Positions 44,076 through 51,828 of a stretch of 64,000 nt of DNA are shown piece after piece. Every line of letters begins with the position of its first letter. Positions within the stretch are counted from its first letter, which is position 1. This stretch comes from an uncultured Rhodospirillaceae bacterium (lineage in GTDB: Bacteria; Pseudomonadota; Alphaproteobacteria; GCA-2731375), in the NCBI GenBank assembly GCA_964590195.1, contig CAZPWJ010000001.1:175882-239881 (forward strand), in the 5' to 3' direction. The notes beneath the pieces are model-generated. The model saw nothing but the letters and a program-made list of their open reading frames with translations, had not been told where the DNA came from and did no database searches. The position numbers and the translations under genes are program-made.

Positions 44076-44438
44076 GTGGCAAAAATCCTGGTAGCAGAGG
44101 ATGAAGATTCAGTCCGCGACCTTGTGGCGCGGGTTCTGAAGCTGCACGACCACGAGGTCAGGGCCGTGATCGACGGCTCCGCCGCGCTGGAGGCGCTGAG
44201 CGAGGACGATTATGACCTGCTGTTGACCGACATCGTGATGCCCTATGTGGACGGCATTGCCCTGGCGCTAAAAGCCTCCGCCGAATATCCGGGCATGCGG
44301 ATTCTGATGATGACTGGCTTTTCCGATCAAAAACGCCGGGCCCATAATCTGGACGTTCTGATCCACGACGTTTTGTTGAAGCCATTTTCCATCGATGAAC
44401 TAGCCCGGGCCGTGGAACAGACCCTCAACGCGGAATAA
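44076..44438 (+). CDS. cpdR: Single-domain response regulator, CpdR-like
   Basis: ILVAEDE, LLLTDIVMP, MMTGF, KPF; adjacent to hpt. Confidence 0.7.
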   Translation: MAKILVAEDEDSVRDLVARVLKLHDHEVRAVIDGSAALEALSEDDYDLLLTDIVMPYVDGIALALKASAEYPGMRILMMTGFSDQKRRAHNLDVLIHDVLLKPFSIDELARAVEQTLNAE

Positions 44439-44448
44439 TTGGGTCCGG

Positions 44449-45537
44449 TTATTTTATGGCGTAGTCTCGCAGAATCTCCGGTTTGAAGACCAGGCCGTGA
44501 CCGGGCCGGTCGGGCGGGCGCAGCATGTTGCCCTCGGGCAGCACCGGCTCGACCCAGACATCGTCGAGGAAATCAAGATATTCCAGGACATCCGGGTTCG
44601 GAATAGCGGCCATGACCTGCACCATCAATTCGTGAAACAGATGCGGCGCGATGCGGATGCCCTTGGCATGCGCCAGGGTCGCGATCCGGCGCAGTTGGGT
44701 CAGGCCGCCGCGCATCATGTCGGGCTGTAGGATTGGAATTTTCGGGTTCTCGAAAAACGGTGCCATATCATAATGGGTAAAATGGCTTTCGCCGCCTACC
44801 ACGCGGGTTTTCAACGCATCGGCGATACGGAAATAGCCGTCGAAATCCTCGGCCACCACCGGTTCCTCCAGCCAGTGAATGTTGTAGTCGTCCAGCCGGC
44901 GGCCGACCTCGATAGCCTCGTCCGCCGTCCAGCCCATGTTGACATCAACCATGATCGCCACGCCGTCGCCCAAGGCATCCCGCATGGCGGCCACATTGGC
45001 GACATCGGTGTCATGGTCGTACATATGGCCGGTCTGCATCTTGATGGCGTCGAAGCCTTTGCCGACATAGGCCTGGGCCTTTTCGATCATGCCCTCGCGG
45101 CCCAGTCCGCGCCAACAGCCCGAGCCGTAAGAGGCGATGGCGCGGTCGTCCTGGGCCCCGCCCCACAGCTGATACAGCGGCAGCCCGGCCTGCTTGCCCA
45201 GGGCATCCCACAGGGCGATGTCGATGGCTGATTGGGCAAAAACACTGACTCCCATGCGGCCAACCCAATAGGTCGCCTGCCAGATATCCTGCCAGATCGC
45301 CTCCACCGCCGCGATGTTGCGTCCAAGCACCACCGGGGCCACCAGTTCCTCGATACAGGCCTGGATGGTCCGCAACCCGCCCGATAGCACCATCAGATAA
45401 CCCATGCCCGTGATGCCCGAGGCGGTCTCGATCTCCACCACCAAAATTTCCCGCGGCCGGTTGTAATCGGCGCTCCACCGGGGCGGATCGGTAAAGGGAA
45501 TGGAAAGCGCGGTGGTACGGATGTCCTTGACGATCAT
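44449..45537 (-). CDS. Mandelate racemase/enolase superfamily enzyme
   Basis: SAIDIALWD, VDVN, WLEEP, GGES, QPD, APH. Confidence 0.92.
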   Translation of the reverse strand: MIVKDIRTTALSIPFTDPPRWSADYNRPREILVVEIETASGITGMGYLMVLSGGLRTIQACIEELVAPVVLGRNIAAVEAIWQDIWQATYWVGRMGVSVFAQSAIDIALWDALGKQAGLPLYQLWGGAQDDRAIASYGSGCWRGLGREGMIEKAQAYVGKGFDAIKMQTGHMYDHDTDVANVAAMRDALGDGVAIMVDVNMGWTADEAIEVGRRLDDYNIHWLEEPVVAEDFDGYFRIADALKTRVVGGESHFTHYDMAPFFENPKIPILQPDMMRGGLTQLRRIATLAHAKGIRIAPHLFHELMVQVMAAIPNPDVLEYLDFLDDVWVEPVLPEGNMLRPPDRPGHGLVFKPEILRDYAIK

Positions 45538-45783
45538 GGAGTCTAATTCCTTTCCTGGGACGCCTGTGGGTAAGTACCGGCCCGCGGCCTGTGAGTTGCC
45601 TTAATAGCGGGGAACGATGCTCTATGTTATTGCTCAAGCGGCGCTTCGCAAAGTATTCATTGAGAGCATCAATTGTGGACGATTTATCTCGATGAAGTTG
45701 CGTAAGCTATTGAATTTACGTGTAATTTCCAGTAATCTTCGCCTTTGGGCAATATCGCCAAGCATTACCAGGGGCGCCAAGGG

Positions 45784-46944
45784 ATGAGTATAGCAGCCAT
45801 GGATCAGGGCGGTCAGGCGACATCATCTGGAAGCTCCGGCATGGGCATTCTACCGTGTCAGGCGATCTCCGCGTTGTGGCGGGATGGCGAGATCACCGCC
45901 GCACAGCCCTTGCTGGATGGGCAGATCCAACCCTCCAGCCTGGATCTGCGCCTGGGCGAAGTGGCCTATCGGGTCCGCGCCTCCTTCCTGCCGGGCCCGG
46001 GCAATGACATGGCGTCCAAGATCGAACGCTTCACCATGCATGCGGTTGATTTGACCCAGGGCGCGGTGTTGGAGCGGGGCTGCGTCTATATCGTGCCGCT
46101 GTTGGAACGTTTGGCTTTGTCCGAACGTCTGTCGGCTATCGCGAACCCGAAAAGCTCCACCGGGCGCCTGGATGTCTTCACCCGTCTGATCACGGACGGG
46201 GCCAGTGAATTCGACCGGGTCGAGGCAGGCTATCACGGCCCGTTGTATGCGGAAATCGCGCCGCGTACCTTTTCGATCCTTGCGCGCACGGGGGGGCGGT
46301 TAAACCAATTGCGCCTGCGCCGGGGCGCCCAGCGCCTTTCGGACGCGGAATTAAGCCGTCTGCACCAACGTTCGCCCCTGGTTTACAGCGGCACTGATGA
46401 GGCGGGCGTGGAAAACATCGCCGATGGCATTGCCCTGACCGTCGACCTGCAAGGCACCGGTGATGATGGCCTGATCGGCTATAAGGCCCGTCCGCACGCG
46501 CCCTTGATCGATATTGAAAAAATCGCCCATTACGATCCGGCTGATTTCTGGGAGCCCATATATGCGGGCACGGGTACGGCATCGGGCCTGATCCTGAACC
46601 CGGACGACTTCTATATTCTGGTTAGCCGGGAAGCGGTTTCAGTGCCCCCGGAATACGCGGCGGAAATGGTTGCCTATGACACTTTGGTAGGCGAGTTCCG
46701 CGTCCATTATGCGGGCTTTTTCGATCCTGGTTTCGGCTGGGCGGAGGCCGGCGGGGCGGGCAGCCGCGCGGTGCTCGAGGTGCGCAGCCACGATGTGCCG
46801 TTCCTGTTGGAACATGGCCAGACCGTGGGCCGCCTGGTCTATGAACGGCACACTTCAACGCCTGATCAAATCTACGGTCAGGGAATCGGCTCCAACTATC
46901 AGAAGCAGGCCCTGGCGCTGGCCAAACAATTCCGCCGCGGCTAG
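45784..46944 (+). CDS. dcd: dCTP deaminase (alphaproteobacterial two-domain type)
   Basis: QPSSLDLRL, NPKSSTGRLD, HYAGFFDPGFG, LEVRSH. Confidence 0.92.
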   Translation: MSIAAMDQGGQATSSGSSGMGILPCQAISALWRDGEITAAQPLLDGQIQPSSLDLRLGEVAYRVRASFLPGPGNDMASKIERFTMHAVDLTQGAVLERGCVYIVPLLERLALSERLSAIANPKSSTGRLDVFTRLITDGASEFDRVEAGYHGPLYAEIAPRTFSILARTGGRLNQLRLRRGAQRLSDAELSRLHQRSPLVYSGTDEAGVENIADGIALTVDLQGTGDDGLIGYKARPHAPLIDIEKIAHYDPADFWEPIYAGTGTASGLILNPDDFYILVSREAVSVPPEYAAEMVAYDTLVGEFRVHYAGFFDPGFGWAEAGGAGSRAVLEVRSHDVPFLLEHGQTVGRLVYERHTSTPDQIYGQGIGSNYQKQALALAKQFRRG

Positions 46945-47069
46945 ACCTTTTTCGATATTCATCGAAGGGCCGGGCCGCCCGCTCCCCCTCCCGGCCACCC
47001 ACGGGACTATGCTCATTGGGTGGCCGGGAGGGGGAGCGGGCGGATAAGCCAATTCCGAAAAAGGTCTAG
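46941..47069. repeat. CTAG-bounded palindromic (MITE-like) element; may also act as a bidirectional terminator
   Basis: Perfect 14-bp terminal IR (46941-46954/47056-47069) and perfect 27-bp inner IR (46975-47001/47017-47043). Confidence 0.85.
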
Positions 47070-48976
47070 GGCGTCTCCGCCACCGGCAGATAAATCGTGA
47101 CCGTGGTGCCTTGGCCAACCTGGCTGCTAATGGTGACGCCGCCCTGGGATTGCTCGGCGAAACCGAACACCATGCTGAGGCCCAGGCCGCTGCCTTTGCC
47201 AATGTCCTTGGTGGTGTAGAAAGGCTCGAAAACCCGCCCCAAGGTATCAGCGGGAATGCCGATGCCGTCATCGATGACCGACAGGGCAACATAAGCGCCC
47301 GGCGCAAGTTCGGGCAGGTCAGCTATTTGTCTTTGTGCTATTTCGCAATTCATCGCCGCGATTTTCAGGCTGCCGCCTTCGGGCATGGCGTCGCGGGCAT
47401 TGATCATCAGATTCAACAAGGCATTTTCAAGCTGTGCCGCATCGACCATCGCGGGCCACAGGCCGGTGGCGGCAGTTGTTTCGATACTGATCGAGGGGTC
47501 GACCAGCCGCTCGGCCAGATCCTTGATGTCGTGTATCGCCTGAACGACATCGGTGACACCGGGAGAAACCGTCTGCTGCCGGGAGAATGACAACAACCGG
47601 TCGGTCAATTCGGCACCCCGATTGGTGGCCCGCATGGCAACATCCAGCATTTCCTTGGCCGGCCCGTCCAGATCGGGATTGAGGTTTAGCAGTTCCAGGC
47701 TGCCCAGAATGGCGGTCAGAAGATTGTTGAAATCATGGGCCACCCCGCCGGTCAACAGGCCGACCGCTTCGAGTCGTTGATGTTGCCTGAGCTTTTCGTC
47801 CTGCAATTTTCGCTCGGTGATGTCGCGAAGCACGACGGTCATTTCCAGATTATCGGTAAAATGCAGCTTGGAGATAGAGGCTTCCGCCGGGAACTCGCTG
47901 CCGTCACGGCGAAGGCCGGTAATTTCTCCACGCTCGCGCATCAGGCGCTGCTCGTCGGAAGAGGTCAGGAAACCGTCAATATGGCCGCCATGGCTGGGCC
48001 GGAACCTTTCGGGTATCAGGGTTTCCACATGCGCGCCGATGATTTCGTCGCAGCGATAGCCAAAAATCTGCTCGGCGCTGCGATTGAACATGGTGATGGT
48101 CATATCGCTGTTGACGAAGATGATGGCCTCGTGGGCGTTTACAACCAAGCTGTTGAGGCGGTCTTCGGTATGGCGCCGCGCCTCTTCCGCCGCCACCCTT
48201 TCGGTAATGTCCTGCACAACGCCGATTATGCGGCTGCCCCCGTCGTCCTTGTGACGCTCTATTTCCGCTGTCTCAAGCACCACACGCAGCATGCCGTCGG
48301 GGCGAATGATACGGTGGGTCACCTGGTACCGCTCGCCAGACCGCTGCACCGCGTCAAATACTTCATTGAGCGCGCTCAGGTCGTCCGGATGAATAAAGCT
48401 GCGAAATTCCGCCGTCGTGACGCCGTTTTGATCCGCATCAAGGCCGAATATGGCGGCGGTCTGAGCCGACCAACTGATCCAATCGGTATCCAGGTCTCTT
48501 TCCCAACTGCCGATATTTCCCAAGCGCTGCGCCCGGGCTAAATTAGACTCCCTGAGCGCCAGGGACTTAAGCGCCTGACGGTCTTCGGTAACATCCTCCA
48601 TCAGGGCAAAAAAGCCGATGACGTCGCCATTCCGCAAACGATGGGGAATGTATTGTATTTGCAGGATGTAGCCGCCATCGGCGGATTGGTAATCAAGCTC
48701 GAAATTGGCGCTCTCACCGGCCAGGGCCGCGGCGATCCAGGGCGCGACCCGTTGATAAATTTCAGGCTGCAGGATGTCCCGCACTTTTGCCCCAATGAAT
48801 GCCGAGCGTGGTTTGGAGAAGCGGGCCTCGAATGCCTGGTTAACGAATTGGTAGCGCTCGTCCCGGTCGATATAGGCGATCAAGGCGGGCAAATTGTCCG
48901 TGACCAGACGCAGCCCTTCCGCATCAAACAGCGCGCTGGCTGGTCTCGGCATATTGGGCGGCGTCTCGGAATCCAT
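47066..48976 (-). CDS. Soluble triple-PAS sensor histidine kinase
   Basis: Three PAS domains, H-box VAHDFNNLL, NARDA, DDGIGI, FEPFYTTK, GSGLGL; no receiver domain. Confidence 0.93.
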   Translation of the reverse strand: MDSETPPNMPRPASALFDAEGLRLVTDNLPALIAYIDRDERYQFVNQAFEARFSKPRSAFIGAKVRDILQPEIYQRVAPWIAAALAGESANFELDYQSADGGYILQIQYIPHRLRNGDVIGFFALMEDVTEDRQALKSLALRESNLARAQRLGNIGSWERDLDTDWISWSAQTAAIFGLDADQNGVTTAEFRSFIHPDDLSALNEVFDAVQRSGERYQVTHRIIRPDGMLRVVLETAEIERHKDDGGSRIIGVVQDITERVAAEEARRHTEDRLNSLVVNAHEAIIFVNSDMTITMFNRSAEQIFGYRCDEIIGAHVETLIPERFRPSHGGHIDGFLTSSDEQRLMRERGEITGLRRDGSEFPAEASISKLHFTDNLEMTVVLRDITERKLQDEKLRQHQRLEAVGLLTGGVAHDFNNLLTAILGSLELLNLNPDLDGPAKEMLDVAMRATNRGAELTDRLLSFSRQQTVSPGVTDVVQAIHDIKDLAERLVDPSISIETTAATGLWPAMVDAAQLENALLNLMINARDAMPEGGSLKIAAMNCEIAQRQIADLPELAPGAYVALSVIDDGIGIPADTLGRVFEPFYTTKDIGKGSGLGLSMVFGFAEQSQGGVTISSQVGQGTTVTIYLPVAETP

Positions 48977-49096
48977 GACGCCTGTATGCAGAAGTTTTCG
49001 AATTATTCCAAATTATTTCGATTTGGACTCGACGATAAAATCTAAATCCGCAATAACGGGCAGGAGACCCTTTCTTTCACTGGTAAATGCGTAGCG

Positions 49097-49486
49097 ATGA
49101 ATACAGCGGCCGCAAATTCACAAATTCGAATCCTGGTCATTGATGATGACGAATTGGTTAGGAAAACGATCGTCATGACCCTGCGATCCGCCGATTACGA
49201 GGTTGCCGAGGCGAGCGATGGTGTCCTTGGCTTGAAAGCGGCGGCCCAGGCGCCATTTGATCTGGTCATTACGGATATTTTGATGCCGAACAAGGAAGGC
49301 ATTGAAACCATGCGGGAATTGCGCCTGCAAGAAAGCGGTTTGAAGATTATTGCCATTTCAGGCGGTGACCGCAGGGGCGGCAGCTTCCTCGAAATGGCCA
49401 GGAAGCTGGGCGCCGATAAAACACTCAGCAAACCGTTTCGCCCGCAAGAGCTGCTCGCCGATGTGGCGGAGGTTCTGGCCCAATAG
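49097..49486 (+). CDS. Single-domain response regulator
   Basis: ILVIDDD, TDILMP, AISGG, KPF; divergent from the kinase. Confidence 0.92.
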   Translation: MNTAAANSQIRILVIDDDELVRKTIVMTLRSADYEVAEASDGVLGLKAAAQAPFDLVITDILMPNKEGIETMRELRLQESGLKIIAISGGDRRGGSFLEMARKLGADKTLSKPFRPQELLADVAEVLAQ

Positions 49487-49594
49487 AAGGCCTGTTCCCA
49501 TTATAATCCGTCACGGCGCCCGCATAGTCGGCGCCTTTCAACTCAGCGCCTCTAATCTATTGCCGATACGGGCTGGTTCGTTCAGTCTAGGATA

Positions 49595-49854
49595 ATACCA
49601 AGTTGCGGTGATAAAAACTCATATAGATCGTTTCAAGAGCCCCTCGGGTAGGAGTGGAAGCGCCGACGGTACCAGTACCTTCAAGCTTTCACGACGCCGC
49701 CGAGGGGCTCCTGAAACGACCGAATTCGGCGCTTTAGGAAGGCTTTCGGCGGTGTCGCGCGCCGCTTGTGGTACTGGTACCACAGCGCAATGCGCTCCTA
49801 CCCGAAAGCCTTCCTAAAGCGTCTATTTGGGTCTTTATCACCGCAACTTGGTAT
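49595..49854. mobile_element. 260-bp nested palindromic non-coding element (MITE-like or structured RNA/ssDNA)
   Basis: Perfect 21-bp terminal IR (49595-49615/49834-49854) enclosing two inverted 92-nt hairpin units (49628-49719, 49730-49821) and a central CCGAATTCGG palindrome; the symmetry is seen directly, mobility is inferred. Confidence 0.7.
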
Positions 49855-49882
49855 AACATTCAAAACGGGGAGAAATGGGGCT

Positions 49883-50632
49883 ATGCGGGAATTCGAAACA
49901 GAGATCGGGACGGCTGATGGCAATATGGACGTCTTCGTCTGCCATCCGGAACAGGACGGACCGCACCCGGCGGTCATTGTCTATATGGATGCCCCGGGGA
50001 TGCGCGAGGAATTGCGCGATATGGCGCGCCGGATCGCCACGGTCGGCTACACGGTGGTGCTGCCGAACATGTACTACCGCACGGGGCGCGAGGGGCATTA
50101 CGGCTATGATCTGTCGCGCATCCGGGAGGACGATGGTGAACGGGCCAAGATGTTCGACGTCATGAACACCTTGACCAATGCCAGGGTGGTGGATGACACC
50201 AAGGGCCTATTGGCCTTCATCGATCAGTGCGATGCCGCCAGCCCCGGCGTTGTGGGCTGTGTCGGCTATTGCATGAGCGGGCAGTTCGTGATGTCCGTGG
50301 GCGCGGCCTATCCAGATCGTTTCGATGCCATTGCCTCCTACCATGGGGTCAAGATCATAACGGATCAACCCGATTCACCCCATCTGACCGCCGATAAGAT
50401 TCGGGGCGAGGTTTATCTGGGCTTTGCCTCCGATGATCCGTTCGTACCGGAAGAGGAACTGGCCGCCATGCCCGGTGCCATGCAGGCGGCCGGGATCAAG
50501 CATACCATCGAAATCTATCCCGAGACCGAACATGGCTTTGTCTTTGCCGAGCGGCCGGTCTACAAGAAACCGGCGTCGGAGCGTCATTGGGAAACCATGC
50601 TGGCCCTGTTTAACCGCCGTCTGCGCGCCTGA
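49883..50632 (+). CDS. Dienelactone hydrolase family protein
   Basis: YMDAPGMR, GYCMSG nucleophile, HGF. Confidence 0.92.
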   Translation: MREFETEIGTADGNMDVFVCHPEQDGPHPAVIVYMDAPGMREELRDMARRIATVGYTVVLPNMYYRTGREGHYGYDLSRIREDDGERAKMFDVMNTLTNARVVDDTKGLLAFIDQCDAASPGVVGCVGYCMSGQFVMSVGAAYPDRFDAIASYHGVKIITDQPDSPHLTADKIRGEVYLGFASDDPFVPEEELAAMPGAMQAAGIKHTIEIYPETEHGFVFAERPVYKKPASERHWETMLALFNRRLRA

Positions 50633-50672
50633 AGCCATTTTTCGCGCCTAACCCAGTTGTGGAGTATTCGCC

Positions 50673-51827
50673 GTGAGCACGCCTGAGCCCAGCACCCGAA
50701 AAAAAATTCTCTACGCGGTACTAACGGCCTTCGCGGCGCTGTTCTTCGTGGCCGCGGTGGGTGAGTTCGTCCTGCGGCAGCAAAGAGTGGCGATCGGGGA
50801 TAGCGAAAAACTGAGTAAAGGACTATTCACCTATGATTCCAGGCTGGGTTGGCGGCTACAGGGGAATTGGGGCGGCAAGCACCGTCACCATGATTTCGCC
50901 TTCACCTATCAAACGGGCCCGGATGGTTTTCGCGGGCGCTTTCGCCCAGCCGCCGAGCGCACGGGCCCCGGAAGCATCGCATTCTTTGGTGACAGCTTCA
51001 CCTTTGGTTTCGGCGCGGGGCAGGGGGCGACGTTCGTTGCGCTGCTGGATGAAGCGGATGGGCAGCGTGCCTATCTGAATTTCGGCATTCCGGGCTTCGC
51101 AACCGATCAGGCGGTCCTGTTAATCGAGGAGATCATGCCCGCGCGGCGGCCGGGAACTGTCATAATGGTGGTCCATTTGGGCGATGATCTGGCCGACAAC
51201 ATGCGCCTTTACCCTCTGCGGCTGGATAATGGCAAGCCGATGTTCGAGCTGTCGGCGAAAGACCTGATATTGCGGAATGTGCCGGTCTCGCGAGATCGCA
51301 AACCAGTCTCGGAGGAGGGTGTCGATCTGGAAAAGGTCATTCTGGCCGGCTCCGGCGTGCGCCCCGGCTTTTGGAAGGGTCTGCTGGGTGGTTCGGAGAC
51401 CACGCGGCGTCTTGGTTTGGAGGAAACGGCCAAGGTTGATTTGAGCGATCATTTACAGCGTAGCCAGGCCCAGCCCCTGGCCTTGTTTCAGGCCCTGGCG
51501 CTACGCGCCAAAGCCGCCGCTAACGGCCAAGGGGCCGGTTTCGGCCTGCTGCTGCTGCCCGGCCGCGGCTTTGTCCAGAACCCGGACGGCGTCGTGGCCC
51601 AATATCAGGAGCATTTGCGTCGCGCCATCGTTGCCTGGGGCGCCGAAATGGCACTGCCGGTGGCCGACGCGGCATCGGATCTGCGTCACCGTTTCCAGGA
51701 TGGCATCTTTGGCGATTACTATCAGAACGAAGGGCATCTGACCCCGCAGGGCCATCGGGCGGTGGCGGATTTTCTGGCGCCCTGGATCGAAGCCCGGTTC
51801 GGACGGAGCAGCAAAACCGGCAAGTAA
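50673..51827 (+). CDS. Membrane-anchored SGNH/GDSL hydrolase-like protein
   Basis: N-terminal TM, FFGDSFTFG, NFGIPG, EGHLTPQGH. Confidence 0.8.
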   Translation: MSTPEPSTRKKILYAVLTAFAALFFVAAVGEFVLRQQRVAIGDSEKLSKGLFTYDSRLGWRLQGNWGGKHRHHDFAFTYQTGPDGFRGRFRPAAERTGPGSIAFFGDSFTFGFGAGQGATFVALLDEADGQRAYLNFGIPGFATDQAVLLIEEIMPARRPGTVIMVVHLGDDLADNMRLYPLRLDNGKPMFELSAKDLILRNVPVSRDRKPVSEEGVDLEKVILAGSGVRPGFWKGLLGGSETTRRLGLEETAKVDLSDHLQRSQAQPLALFQALALRAKAAANGQGAGFGLLLLPGRGFVQNPDGVVAQYQEHLRRAIVAWGAEMALPVADAASDLRHRFQDGIFGDYYQNEGHLTPQGHRAVADFLAPWIEARFGRSSKTGK

Positions 51828-51828
51828 T

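Noticed and set aside
45538-45783. SAM-alpha riboswitch or sRNA upstream of dcd
   Set aside because: No consensus match seen and metZ is absent; looks like an AT-rich divergent promoter
49487-49560. Minus-strand fragment ELKGADYAGAVTDYN resembling a TPR remnant
   Set aside because: Too short, with no start and an in-frame stop just upstream; cannot be told from chance
49595-49854. Identification as tmRNA, 6S RNA, retron msr-msd, CRISPR array or hammerhead ribozyme
   Set aside because: No tRNA-like ends or ANDN tag frame; longer and more symmetric than 6S; no reverse transcriptase in the window; no direct repeat-spacer pattern; no complete hammerhead core found
49608-49882. ORF 49608-49817 and the 49766 upstream start of the dienelactone hydrolase
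   Set aside because: Both run through the palindromic element; ATG 49883 has a purine-rich RBS and matches the family N-terminus
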